From positions 6,200,001 through 6,264,000 of the forward strand of contig CM022675.1 in the NCBI GenBank assembly GCA_012295275.1: 64,000 nt of DNA, written 5' to 3'. The notes beneath the pieces are model-generated. The model did no database searches and was not told the DNA's origin. It saw only the letters and a list, made by a program, of their open reading frames with translations. Position 1 is the first letter of the stretch; each line of letters opens with the position of its first letter. Source of the stretch: Chrysomallon squamiferum. Lineage: Eukaryota > Animalia > Mollusca. This document shows positions 12,747 through 43,042 of the stretch, one piece after another. The position numbers and the translations under genes were made by a program.

Positions 12747-14128
12747 TAATAATAAAAATAATAAAGAAAAACAAAGTATATGTTTGCACAAAGGCATAGA
12801 GACACAAACAAATGTATTAATATTTGTGATATATATTTTTGATCAGTAGACGTCCATGACTTATTTTTCAATTGTCGTAATTATGGGATCTAAATTTATT
12901 ACAGTCCGTGTAAATTTCACTACAATTTCATTTGTTTGTGTATGCGTATTTCCAATTAACTGACGCAGTTTTCTCATTATTCTATTTCATCAGCAAATTT
13001 CTCCGAACTTAATTACAGTTGGCAATGAAATGTGTTAATTGTTACTTTTCACGATACCAGATCGTGCGCTCTTTTTTAACAAATCTCTAGGATTATTACG
13101 TCTAAAAATTAACACATTTATAATGTGCTTCTACTACTGTAGTCCTATTACCCCTGCTGCTAATGTTATTTCTACTACTACTACTACTACTACTACTATA
13201 GTATGAGTAGTAGTTAGCAGTATTTGCTATTTCCACTTCTCAGTGTAAAATTTGTGTTATTCAAAATGTATGAAAGATTTTATATTAGTGTGTTATTTAA
13301 AAAACGATTGATTACTGCATATGCAATGTGCATATTGGGAAAATAATTGGGAGCAGTAAAAAGAGATATGCAATCAGCCTGCAATGTTTTCCTTATTCTC
13401 ATGTTAACTTGTTAAACCCATCTCAATCTGATAGTGTAGAATAACGTTATGGGCGTGGTTTTATATATATTATTTTTTACCTTGTAACTCCTCCTCCATG
13501 GTTTACGTCATGCAACATTATTTCCACCAAGTATATATTGAATAAAACACGTATATGATGGGCGTGGTTTTCTTATTATGGAGTTTTCTTTCTATCTGTT
13601 CCATCGTGATATAAATAATCTTACAAATGATGGGATTCATTCGTTCAGACTTAACGGAGTTCTAACTGAAAAGTTTGGTTGTAAGTTGTAAACTTGACGT
13701 GGTTTTGCTGCGTTTGTGCGCGAAGGTTCCAGCGATAGAGATTTATTTACTTTGAGTCTGTCTCGTTGTTTTACTGTTCACCTACTTCTTCTTCATCATC
13801 ATCTTCTTCTTCTTCTTCTTCTTCTTCTTATTATTATTATTATTATTAAAATTATTATTATTATTATATTTCCGGTACTACTAAAAACAGGTCATTAAGA
13901 CTAGGACATAACTGAACATTAAAATATTGCAATGTAATACGTAATCGAGATCATCAATAAATAATAGAAAACACAAAAATATTATATACAGTTTTATTGT
14001 TTTCAAATAAGTGTTTGATTTACAGAAATATTTGTCAGATAATTATGTAGTGATATTAATTTCATACAATATGACATTTATTCTCGAAGTATACCAAATA
14101 AAAACATGCACAAATAGAAGTAATAATG

Positions 14129-14159
<31 letters not shown>

Positions 14160-14889
14160 TAATAACAATAATAATAATAATAATGTAACAAGTAGTTATA
14201 GTAGTGGTTGTAGTAGTAGTAGGAGGAGAGACAAACTAACAATAGTAGTACTAGTCATCGTTGTCGTCGTAATAGTAGTCGTATTCCAACATTTGTAGTC
14301 GTAATCACAGTAGTAGAAGGTGACGGAAACATTAGCTACATCCTCATTCATAACAACAAGGTTATTAATATTAGTACCAGTATCTGTGTCAGTAGCAGTT
14401 GAAGTAGTAGCAATAGTCATCTCTGTTGTAGTAGTTCTGTTGTTGTACTAGTATCAGCAGTAGTATGTGTTCTAGTAATAGCTGTAATATTAATGGCAAC
14501 AGCAGCAGCAGTAAAAACAATAAAAATTATATTACCTGAATACAACACAGAGTTTAAATATTATTATGGTCATTTTTGGCGTTGTGACTGATGTTTTCAT
14601 AATATAATCTTGATTCGTGTAAGAACAGAACGTTACTTTTGTAAAAATAATAATAATAATAATAATAATAATTATAATAATAATAATAATAATAATAGTA
14701 ATAATAATAATACAAAACTCAAAGAAAAAATCTAAAGATATTCTAAAACAGATGTAAATTTAAAAACATTGGAATATTTCCAATAGTTTTAATTTTTACT
14801 GTCTCTACAATAGACAACATTCCTCGATCACATGGATGCTTCACAACGACGAAAGTGAAAGTTACAATATATTTGTTTTTCCTTGAATT

Positions 14890-15840
14890 TCAGTGTGACG
14901 CGGTCTCCAACTCAGACGTGTTAACCAACACTTCCGACCTCTTCATACACAGAAGCTGTTTGTATGCGGCCTTGAACTTGCTGTTCTTCCAGGCGTACAA
15001 GAAGCAGTTCACAGCTGAACTACACAGATCGAGAAGGGTGACCCCTCTGAAGAGGTAGATGTTTTGGTCTGCCTTTGATATGGTGTTGTACAGATAGTAC
15101 GTTACGTGTGGCACCCAGAAACAGAGAGATGTGACGTAGGCGATCATAAGCAACTTGGTCCTGATAGATTCTTGTTTCTTCTCTGACGCCAAGGACTGGT
15201 CGTATATTTGTTTCCTGAATCGAAATTCGGCGACACAAACTCGCAAGAAAGCTACGAAGCCTGCGACAAGTGGTACCGCTGTAATGCATACAATGAACCG
15301 CGTGTAGAAGCTAGGGTAGAGGGTAGGCGCGTAACACTTTGCTCCTTCGTACCAGTCTGCTGCTCCAGCGACCATGGGCATTACAGCAGTCGCAACTGCG
15401 GCGAATACTACGACGTTAAATATGACTGTGGCCTGTACAGTTGCATGAGCGTGGTAGTGGAAAGGAAACTGCACGGCGTAGAACCGTTCAAACGACAACA
15501 GCGACAGAAACAGAACTGCCGAGATCGATGCAAAATGGCCTGAAAACATGAAAATTAAACACGGTGTTTTCAGTTTGAACAGTTCTGGCAGATGAGTGCG
15601 AAGGAGTTTGAGAGGTGTGTAGGGCACGCCCATAGATAGATCAGCCACCGCCAACGAGGCAAGCATGATGGTGCTCTGATGACGCAACTTTCGGAACTTT
15701 GTGATTGCCCGGATTGTCAGTGAATTGCCTACTACTATAATAACAATAAGAACAAGGTTCAACACTGTGATTACAACGTGGAGAAAATTTATGTTTTCTA
15801 GTTTAAAAATGTCTATGTTGGTTCTGTTAGAATCATTCGA

Positions 15841-15843
<3 letters not shown>
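14890..15843 (-). CDS. Intronless class A orphan GPCR, copy C, 317 aa
   Basis: Intact 954-nt frame; differs from copy A by two residues (YLYNT vs YLYDT; ETASH vs ETVSH). Confidence 0.92.
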
Positions 15844-15904
<61 letters not shown>

Positions 15905-16651
15905 TCACCTCCCTCGACAAGTCCAACAGTCAGTCCGTTTCTCTCAACATATGGTATCTGTACATTACAGATAAAACGTGTAACAATGTTTTGATTCTTT
16001 GATGAAAAAGAAAACAAAAAGCACAACAGTTCACATCTGACACAAGTTCTGTTGTCACAATCTCACAATATAACAGCACGTCGTTTCGATTTACAAGCGA
16101 ATCTTTCAGTTAGAATTCCGTTAAGTCTGAACGAATGAATTCCTTCGTTTGTGAGATTAGTTATATCACGATGTTGGAGATAGGAGGGCAACTGCATCAT
16201 AAGAAGACACGACAATCATATACGTGTATGGTTCAATATATATTTGAGTGAAATAATTCTGCATGTCGTGCATAATGGAGGCGGAGTTACTGGTAAAAAT
16301 AATATATATATATATATTGTCAATTATCACAGTGAGATACATTTAATAAGTTAACATGAGAATCAGGAAAGCAATCAACACACATTGCAGATGCCATTTT
16401 ACTCGACTAACCATTTTCCCAATATGTACATTTCATACACAGTAATTAGTCGTTTATTTAATTAACATACTAATATAAAATCTATCATTCAGTTTGAACA
16501 CTAGAAACGTTGCACGGAGATGTAGACATAGCAAGCAAAAATTACCACAACTGAAAAATAAATCACGAACGTTTATTAGCTAAAAATATTACAAATATTA
16601 ATATATGTGTGTGTCTCTGTATATCCTTGTGTAAACATGGAATTTGTTTCC

Positions 16652-16716
<65 letters not shown>

Positions 16717-16963
16717 CCGAAGGAGTTTCACAGGAGTGTAGGGCACGCCCATAGACAGATCAGCCACCGCCAACGAGGCAAGCATAATGGTGCTCTGATG
16801 ACGCAACTTCCGGAACTTAGGTGATTGCCCGAATTGTCAGTGAATTACCTACTATTATAATAACAATAAGAAAGATATCCAACACGGTGATTAAAACGTG
16901 AAGAAAATGTATGTTCGCTGGTTTCAAAATGTCTATGTTGGTTCTGTTAGACACATTCGACAT
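16717..16963 (-). pseudogene. Truncated and frameshifted GPCR copy D
   Basis: Same truncation point as copy B, plus a 1-nt insertion near 16820 (ATC ACC TAA). Confidence 0.88.
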
Positions 16964-17509
16964 TATTATTATTAGTAGTAGTAGTAGTAGTAGTACTAGT
17001 AGTAGTAGTAGTAGTCGTAGTAGTAGTAGTTCTTTTCCCTCAACAAATCTAACAGTCAATTCCTTTCTCCTCTTTTTTTTTTTCTTCTCCATATTGTAGC
17101 TGTACATTGACAATAAAACAACATGTAACAACGTTTTGATTCTTTGACAAATGTCAAAACTCAGCCTATGAAGAAAACACCACGACAGTCACAGTTCGCG
17201 TTTTTGGTTCTGCTACTACTTCTTGCATTATTATTATAATAATTAATATTATTATTACTTCTACTTGTGCAGGTATTTATTTTCTGTTTAACATCGATAA
17301 TAAATGTCATAATGTATGAAATTAATATCATTATATAATTATCTGATAAATAGTTCTGTTCATCAAATACCTATGTGAAAACAATAAAGCTATGTATAAT
17401 AATTTTGCGTTTTCTATTTTTTATTGATGATCTCGATTACGTATTGGAAGCAATATTTTCATTTTCACTTACGTACTAATTTAAGATCAATTTTTAGTAG
17501 TACCGGAAA

Positions 17510-17586
<77 letters not shown>

Positions 17587-18608
17587 TAATAAAGAAAAAC
17601 AAAGTATATGTTTGCGCAAAGGCATAGAGACACAAACAAATGTATTAATATTTGTGATATATATTTTTGATCAGTAGACGTCCATGACTTATTTTTCAGT
17701 TGTCGTAATTATGGGATCTAAATTTATTACAATCCGTGTAAATTTCACTACAATTTCATTTGTTTGTGTATACGTATTTCCAATTAATTGACGCAGTTTT
17801 CTCATTATTCTATTTCATCAGCAAATTTCTCCGAACTTAATTACAGTTGGCAATGAAATGTGTTAATTGTTACTTTTCACGACACCAGATCGTGCGCTCT
17901 TTTTTAACAAATCTCTAGGATTATTACGTCTAAAAATTAACACATTTATAATGTGCTTCTACTACTGTAGTCTTACTACCCCTGCTGCTAATGTTATTTC
18001 TACTACTACTACTAGTATAGTATGAGTAGTAGTTAGCAGTATTTGCTATTTCCACTTCTCAGTGTAAAATTTGTGTTATTCAAAATGTATGAAAGATTTT
18101 ATATTAGTGTGTTATTTAAAAAACGATTGATTACTGCATATGCAATGTGCATATTGGGAAAATAATTGGGAGCAGTAAAAAGAGATATGCAATCAGCCTG
18201 CAATGTTTTCCTTATTCTCATGTTAACTTGTTAAACCCATCTCAATCTGATAGTGTAGAATAACGTTATGGGCGTGGTTTTATATATATTATTTTTTACC
18301 TTGTAACTCCTCCTCCATGGTTTACGTCATGCAACATTATTTCCACCAAGTATATATGGAATAAAACACGTATATGATGGGCGTGGTTTTCTTATTACGG
18401 AATTTTCTTTCTATCTGTTCCATCGTGATATAAATAATCTTACAAATGATGGGATTCATTCGTTCAGACTTAACGGAGTTCTAACTGAAAGATTTGTTTG
18501 TAAGTTGAAACTTGACGTGGTTTTGCTGGGTTCGTGCACGAAGCTTCCAGCGAGAGAGATTTATTTACTTTGAGTCTGTCTCGTTGTTTTATTGTTCTCC
18601 TTCTTCTT

Positions 18609-18639
<31 letters not shown>

Positions 18640-18972
18640 TTATTATTATTATTATTATTATTATTTATTATTATTATTATGTATACGTATATAATTTCTC
18701 TAAAGTACAACTATTAATCACTATTTTTGAAATTCACCAGAGTAGGAGCAATGAAGCGCTCAATTTTACAGACAAATCCAAAAGTAAATTTACTAACGTT
18801 TACGAGAGACCTTTCAGTTCTTAATACATTAGGACACATACTCAGAATTAATAATTGCAAAACGACAGTCACATTCAGTGAAGTGAAATACACAGAAACA
18901 TGCAGACAATGATAACATATATATCGATATATATATTGAGAGACACACACACAGAGAGAGAGACAGACACAA

Positions 18973-19090
<118 letters not shown>

Positions 19091-19334
19091 TTTCCGTACT
19101 TCTGTCGACGACCGTGAATTTTAAGAATCTAATTTAGTGTATAGTAACCTCAGAATAAATGGTCTAACAAACATTGGTTTATAATTCAAAAATTATTACG
19201 TAGTGAATTTAAATTTACATCCCATAATTATGACAACTGAAAAATAACTCATGAACGTCTATTGATTAAAAAATATTACAAATATCAATATATTTGTGCG
19301 TGTCTCTGTGTCTTTGTGTAAGCATATACTTTAC

Positions 19335-19402
<68 letters not shown>

Positions 19403-20117
19403 TTCCGGTACTACTAAAAACAGGACATTAAGACTAGAACATAACTATACATGAAAATATTGCATGCAATACGTAATCGAGATCATCAATAAATAATAGA
19501 AAACACAAAAATATTATATACAGTTTTATTGTTTTCAAACAAGTATTTGATGTACAGAAATAATTGTCAGATAATTATGTAATGATATTAATTTCATACA
19601 ATATGACATTTATTCTCGAAGTTAAACAAAAAATAATAACTTGCACAAGTAGAAGAAGTAATAATAATAATAATATTAGTATTAATGTAATGAGTAGTTG
19701 TAGTTGTAGTTGTAGTAGTAGTACGAGGAGGAGAAAACTAACAGTAGTAGTACTAGTCATCGTTGTCGTCGTAATAGCAGTGGTTTTGCAATATTTGTAG
19801 CTGTAATCACAGTAGTAGAAGGTGACAAACTCATTGATAACAACAAGTGTATTAGTAACAGTACCAGTATCGGAGTCGGTAGCACTTGAAGTAGTAGCAA
19901 TAGTCTTCACTGTAGTAGTAGTTCTGTTGTTGTACTAGTAAGAACAGTAGTATGTTTTCTAGCAGTAGCTGTAATATTAATGGTAACATAAATAGTAGCA
20001 GCAGTAGAAACAATAAAAATTGTTTTACCTGAATAGCAATACAGTTTAAATAGTATTATGATCATTTTTGGCGTTGTGACATAATCTTGATTCGTATAAG
20101 AACAGAACGTTACTTTT

Positions 20118-20181
<64 letters not shown>

Positions 20182-20357
20182 AAAACTCAAAGAAAAAATC
20201 TAAAGATATTCTAAAACAGATCTAAATTTAAAAACATTGGAATATTTCCAATAGTTTTAATTTTTACTGTCTTTACAATAGACAACATTCCTCGATCACA
20301 TGGATGCTTCACAACGACGAAAGTGAAAGTTACAATATATTTGTTTTTCCGTGAATT

Positions 20358-21311
20358 TCAGTGTGACGCGGTCTCCAACTCAGACGTGTTAACCAACACT
20401 TCCGACCTCTTCATACACAGAAGCTGTTTGTATGCGGCCTTGAACTTGCTGTTCTTCCAGGCGTACAAGAAGCAGTTCACCGCTGAACTACACAGATCGA
20501 GAAGGGCGACCGCTCTGAAGAGGTAGATGTTTTGGTCTGCCTTTGATATGGTGTCGTACAGATAGTACGTTACGTGTGGCACCCAGAAACAGAGAGATGT
20601 GACGTAGGCGGTCATAAGCAACTTGGTCCTGATAGATTCTTGTTTCTTCTCTGAGGCCAAGGACTGGTCGTATATTTGTTTCCTGAATCGAAATTCGGCG
20701 ACACAAACTCGCAAGAAAGCTACGAAGCCTGCGACAAGTGGTACCGCTATAATGAACACAATGAACCGCGTGTAGAAGCTAGGGTAGAGGGTAGGCGCGT
20801 AACACTTTGCTCCTTCGTACCAGTCTGCTGCTCCAGCGACCATGGGCATTACAGCAGTCGCAACTGCGGCGAATACTACGACGTTAAATATGACTGTGGC
20901 CTGTACAGTTGCATGAGCGTGGTAGTGGAAAGGAAACTGCACGGCGTAGAACCGTTCAAACGACAACAGCGACAGAAACAGAACTGCGGAGATCGATGCA
21001 AAATGGCTTGAAAACATGAAAATTAAACACGGTGTTTTCAGTTTGAACAGTTCTGGCAGATGAGTGCGAAGGAGTTTGAGAGGTGTGTAGGGCACGCCCA
21101 TAGATAGATCAGCCACCGCCAACGAGGCAAGCATGATGGTGCTCTGATGTCGCAACTTTCGGAACTTTGTGATTGCCCGAATTGTCAGTGAATTGCCTAC
21201 TACTATAATAACAATAAGAACAAGGTTCAACACTGTGATTACAACGTGGAGAAAATTTATGTTTTCTAGTTTAAAAATTTCTATGTCAGTTCTGTTAGAA
21301 TCATTCGACAT
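20358..21311 (-). CDS. Intronless class A orphan GPCR, copy E, 317 aa
   Basis: Intact 954-nt frame with all 7TM motifs; about 9 residue differences from copy A. Confidence 0.92.
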   Translation of the reverse strand: MSNDSNRTDIEIFKLENINFLHVVITVLNLVLIVIIVVGNSLTIRAITKFRKLRHQSTIMLASLAVADLSMGVPYTPLKLLRTHLPELFKLKTPCLIFMFSSHFASISAVLFLSLLSFERFYAVQFPFHYHAHATVQATVIFNVVVFAAVATAVMPMVAGAADWYEGAKCYAPTLYPSFYTRFIVFIIAVPLVAGFVAFLRVCVAEFRFRKQIYDQSLASEKKQESIRTKLLMTAYVTSLCFWVPHVTYYLYDTISKADQNIYLFRAVALLDLCSSAVNCFLYAWKNSKFKAAYKQLLCMKRSEVLVNTSELETASH

Positions 21312-21326
21312 TATTATTATTATTAT

Positions 21327-21372
<46 letters not shown>

Positions 21373-21374
21373 CC

Positions 21375-21435
<61 letters not shown>

Positions 21436-22222
21436 TCTTTTCCCTCAACAAGTCTAACGGTCAATTCCTTTCTCTCTTTTTCTTCTTCTACATATTGTAG
21501 CTGTACATTGACAATAAAACAACATTTAACAACGTTTTGATTCCTTCACGAATGTCAAAATTCAGCCTATGAAGAAAACACCACGACAGTCACAGTTCAC
21601 ATTTTTAGTTATCTCGACACTGACACAAGTTCTTTTATCACAAAACAACCAAAATAACAACAAGACAGACTCAAAGTAAATAAATCTCTCCCGCTGGAAC
21701 CTTCGCGCACGAACGCAGCAAAACCACGTCAAGTTTACAACTTCCAACCAAACCTTTCAGTTAGAACTGCGTTAAGTCTGAACGAATGAATCCCTTCATT
21801 TGTAAGATTATTTATATCACGACAGAAGAGATAGGAGGAAAATTCCATAATAAGAAAACCACGCCCATCATATACGTGTTTTATTCAATATCTGTTTGAT
21901 GGAAATAATTTTGCATCACGTACGCCAGGAAGGAGGCGTTACTAGGTAAAAAGAATATAAATAAAACCACGCCCATAGAGTTATTCTACGTTATCAGATT
22001 GAGATGGATTTAAAAAGTTAAAATGATTCGTGTAAGAGCGGAACGTCACTTTTGTAGAAACAATCAATAAAATTTAAAAAATCTAAAGATATTGTAAAAC
22101 AGATATAAATTTGAAAATATTCGAATATTTTTACTGTCTCTACAATAGACAACATTCCTCGATCATGGATGCTTCACAACGACGAAAGTGAAAGTTAAAA
22201 TATATTTGTTTTCCCTTGAATT

Positions 22223-23175
22223 TCAATGCGACACGGTCTCCAACTCAGACGTGCTAACCAACACTATCGAACTCTTCATACACAGAAGCTGTTTGTATGC
22301 GGCCTTGAACTTGCTGTTCTTCCAGGCGTACAAGAAGCAGTTCACCGCTGAACTACACAGATCGAGAAGGGCGACCGCTCTGAAGAGGTAGATGTTTTGG
22401 TCTGCCTTTGATATGGTGTTGTACAGATAGTACGTTACGTGTGGCACCCAGAAACAGAGAGATGTGACGTAGGCGGTCATAAGCAACTTGGTCCTGATAG
22501 ATTCTTGTTTCTTCTCTGAGACGAAGGTCTGGTCGTATATTTGTTTCCTGAAGCGAAATTCGGCGACACAAACTCGCAAGAAAGCTACGAAGCCTGCGAC
22601 AAGTGGTACCGCTATAATGAATACTAAGAACCGCGTGTATAAGCTAGGGTAGAGGGTAGGCGCGTAACACTTTGCTCCTTCGTACCAGTCGCTACTCCAG
22701 CTACCATGGGCATTACAGTGATCGCAACTGCGGCGAATACTACGACGTTAAATATGGCTGTGGCCTGTACAGTTGCATGAGCGTGGTAGTGGAAAGGAAA
22801 TTGCACGGCGTAGAACCGTTCAAACGACAACAGCGACAGAAACAGAACGGCCGAGATCGATGCAAAATGGCCTGAAAACATGAAAATTAAACACGGTGTT
22901 TTTAGGTTGAACAGTTCTGGCAGATGAGTGCGAAGGAGTTTGAGAGGTGTGTAGGGCACGCCCATAGATAGATCAGCCACCGCCAACGAGGCAAGCATGA
23001 TGGTGCTCTGATGTCGCAACTTTCGAAACTTTGTAATTGCCCGGATTGTCAGTGAATTGCCTACTACTATAATAACAATAAGAACAATGTTCAACACTGT
23101 GATTACAACGTGGAGAAAATTTATATTTTCTGGTTTTAAAATGTGTATGTTGGTTCTATTAGAAGCATTCGACAT
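22223..23175 (-). pseudogene. GPCR copy F, full length with a 1-nt deletion
   Basis: 953 nt instead of 954. CCAGTCGCTACT vs CCAGTCTGCTGCT near 22690 splits it into ORFs 22624-23376 and 22223-22579. A sequencing error cannot be excluded. Confidence 0.8.
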
Positions 23176-23187
23176 CATTATTATTAT

Positions 23188-23246
<59 letters not shown>

Positions 23247-24341
23247 ATAGTAGTAGTAGTAGTTGTTCTCTCTCGACAAGCCTAACAGTCAGTCCCTTTC
23301 TTTCTACATATTGTAACTGTACAACATGACGATAAAACAACATGTAACAACGTTTTGATTCTTTGACAAATGTCAAAATTCGGCCTATGAAGAAAACACA
23401 CCACGACAGTCACAGCTCACGTTTTTAGTTATCTCGACAGTGACACAAGTTCTTTTGTCACAAAAACTCACAAAATAACTCGAAGTAAATAAATCTCTCT
23501 CGCTAGAAGCTTCGTGCACGAACGCAGCAAAACCACGTCAAGTTTACAACTTACAACCAAACCTTTCAGTTAGAACTGCGTTAAGTCTGAACGAATGAAT
23601 CCCTTTACTTATTTAAGATTATTTATCACACCATGTTGGAGACAGGAGGGAGACTCCGTAATAAGAAAACCTCGACCCTCATGTATATGTTTTATTCAAT
23701 ATATACTTGATGGAAATAATTCTTCATAATTACTAGATAAAATATATATAAAACAACGCCCATAAAGTTATTTTGCATTATCAGATTGAGATGGATTTAA
23801 TAAGTCAACATGAGAATAAGATTGCAGAACCTATTTTACTGCGCTAATCATTTTCCTAATATGCACATCTCATATTCAGTAATTAATGGGGTTTTGTAAT
23901 TAAAAATACGAAATATTTCATACGTTTTAATAATAGAAACTTTCCACTGTGGAATAAAAGTAGCAAATACCCGTCTTGAATCTCTTCTGTTGTTAAATAT
24001 ATCTGAAATATGAAGAAAAAAAAAAAATTCGCTCATTTGAGCCACAGAATAAATAAGTTGATGTAAGACAACAGCAACAGCAGTAGTAGTAGCTATATTA
24101 GTTGTAGTCGTAAAGGTACTAGTAGTAGCAACAGTAATGGTAGTAGTAGTAGAAACAGCAGCAGTAATAGGAGTGGTAGCAGTAATAGGAGTAGCGATAT
24201 TAATAGTAGTAACAGTAGTAGACGAAGCAGCAGCAAAGGCAGCAGCAGTAGTTGTGGTAGCTGTTGTTCAGGTTGTTTTTAATTGCTGTTTTGTTGTGGT
24301 AGAAATAATAGTTTCTATTTTGGTACAGGCTGTAGTAGTAG

Positions 24342-24380
<39 letters not shown>

Positions 24381-24397
24381 CAGTAGTAGTAGTAGTT

Positions 24398-24442
<45 letters not shown>

Positions 24443-24986
24443 ATAGTAGTAGTGGTAGTTTTAGTAGTAGTAGGTGTTGTTGTAGTATAAATATTAACAG
24501 CAGTAATTTTAATTTGATTGTGATGAGCACGAGAGCGACGATGACGACGACGATAATAACAATAATAACAATAATAACAATAACAATAATAATAACAATA
24601 ACAATAATAATAATAATAACAATAACAACGATAATGTTCTAAAATTATAACGAAACTTTTTTTTTTATTTCCTTATGATGGATCTCTGGTTACACAGAAT
24701 ATATAATGGAAAATAAATGCATACATATGTACAAACAGACAAATAACTAACTTTAACAAATCTAATTTTTCTTTTTTCTTATAAAAGTCACAGACGGATA
24801 TATTGTATCGTCTGAAATAACCCAATATTAACTGTCATAATTGTGTTTGCAAAGACTTTTTAGTTAACACACACACATTATTAGGAAATGGCTGAACATC
24901 AGAAATGTCTCAGTTTAATTAACATCACTGCCACGTATTGTTTTCTTTTTCTTGGATTTCAGTGGTCTCAGCTTTAGGTTGTGACG

Positions 24987-40543
<15,557 letters not shown>

Positions 40544-41107
40544 TACGTGACCTGAAAAACCAAAAATCAAAACCAAAAACCAACACAATGGTTAATTTAG
40601 CAAAGAAGAATATAGTTAGTAAGATAAAGAGAAAGAAAACATAGACTTAAAATTTATATATATATAATAATTAAAATAAATAAATAAATCAATCAATCAA
40701 AATATAAATCAAAATAAAAGTTAAATAAAATCAAAAGAAAAGAAAAGAAAAGAAAAACAGAAAAATTAACCCGCCAAACATCCCCATAAAAGAAGCAACT
40801 CATACAATCAAAAGGGTTAACAGAACAAACAAATAGAAATACACAACAGTAATAATATTTGAGTGTGTGTGTGAATATATATATATATATATTTTGCTGT
40901 TTTTCTTTCTTTTCTTTTCTTTTGATTTTATTTAACTTCTATTTTGATTTATTAATTTTATTTATTTATTTATTTACTTATTTTAATAATTATATATATT
41001 TTATGTCTATGTTTTATATATATATATATATATATGTCTGTCTATCTGTCTCTAACTAACCAAAATCTTTCCAAAAACAAGTTCGCATGAAACTGATGAA
41101 AACTTAC

Positions 41108-41175
41108 CTAGCTGAGTTCTTCTGCGTATGGACTACAGCAGTGTACTGCCGTTTTATAAACTCAGACGTCATGTT
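41108..41175 (-). promoter_or_regulatory. Putative core promoter and short non-coding first exon of the cadherin-like gene
   Basis: Minus-strand TATAAAA at 41158-41152, upstream TGACGT, and consensus donor AG/GTAAGT at 41108/41107. A matching acceptor TTTTTCAG lies at 40552, 8 nt before the ATG. Confidence 0.5.
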
Positions 41176-41262
41176 AACTTGGTTTGTTGTGTGGCCATGT
41201 TTTATAGTAAGTTTTGAACCTTCCTATATATCAGTGTCTGATGATTTTTATATGTTCATATT

Positions 41263-41301
<39 letters not shown>

Positions 41302-41801
41302 TTTGTTTGTTTGTTTGTTTGTTTGTTTGTTTGTTTGTTTGTTTATTGTTCTTGTTATTGTTTTTGTTTATCATTAATATTCTTCTTCTTCTTTTTCTTC
41401 TTCTTCTTCTTCTTCTTGTTATTATTATTATTATTATTATTATCATCATCATCATCATCATCATCGCCGTCATCATCATTATTTATTACTGCACAAACTA
41501 TATGAAGCCTTCACCTCTTTAATTTTCTTTCTTTTTTTCTAAATGCTTGAAAAATCAATTTACTGGTAACTATCTTTATCACAACAAGAATACGGTATTA
41601 AATATTAATAGTAATGTCAAAAGATAACGGTGATTTTCGTATCACTGTCATATACAGGTTTAAATATTTAATAGTTTTTCAAATTCATATGCATTAGTAA
41701 TTTGCTTTCAGGTGTCCAGAAACACATATGGAAGGACAAAAAAAGGACTGAGATATATACATCTTAATGATAAATGAAAAGATAGATAGATAGATGCACA
41801 C

Positions 41802-41960
<159 letters not shown>

Positions 41961-42010
41961 ACAGAGAGAGACAGAGACAGAGACAGAAAGAGAGTGAAAG
42001 AGGCAGAGAC

Positions 42011-42137
<127 letters not shown>

Positions 42138-42536
42138 AACGATAAATACAAGGTACAGAATTATTTTAGTTAAATATTTATTGGCTCAGTTCAGCTTATC
42201 TTTTGATGTAATCTTTGCTTTATTTGATTAATCGTTTCTCCTCCATTTTTAATGTGACATTTCTGTTAACTCATTCCTTTGTAACTAGTTTATTTATTAA
42301 AACTTAGAAAGAGCAGAATACCAGACATTGTTTTATTTTTCTTCTTTTCTTCTATTTTTCTTTCTGAAAACGCAAGCAAAAGCTTTCATGCTTTGTAATC
42401 TGTACTTTTTCTGGTTTTCTTTTTTCTTTCATTCCTTCATGCTTTCTTTCTTTTTTTTACTTTTTTTATTTTATTTGTTATTATACTTCAGTTTCGAATA
42501 ACATCGGACAATGGAAAAATTAATAAAATAAATAAA

Positions 42537-42621
<85 letters not shown>

Positions 42622-42998
42622 ATATAAATAAAAATGAAAATAAAATGAAATATAAAATATATCAGCTTGATTCGGAGTAGTCAGGAGAGAGGATAAAACA
42701 AATACATAACCGCGAATGTTCATTAAAGAAAAAAAAAAAAAAAAAAAAAGGAACATTCAATGAATAAAAAGCATTACTTATTCTTCTTTATTTCATCCAG
42801 TACAAAAGATGAAAAAGTCCAAATATTTGTTTTAGCATTAAATAAAAGTGAATCAGTAGAGAATGTTATGTAAAATAAGGAGATTTTTTTTAAAAAAGCC
42901 AGTAATTATGTAATGTAAGATTATTTTAATCCAGTAGAATTGATTGTAGCTCATTGGTTAGATAGGTCCAATAATTATTCTGTGGCTATCTATTTCTA

Positions 42999-43042
<44 letters not shown>

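Larger units (their letters stand above)
8395..18035. repeat. Tandem segmental duplication, two ~4.8 kb units; a third diverged unit continues to ~21700
   Basis: Matching anchors offset by 4804-4828 bp: 8888/13716, 9189/14011, 10086/14890, 11905/16717, 12602/17424. Confidence 0.93.
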
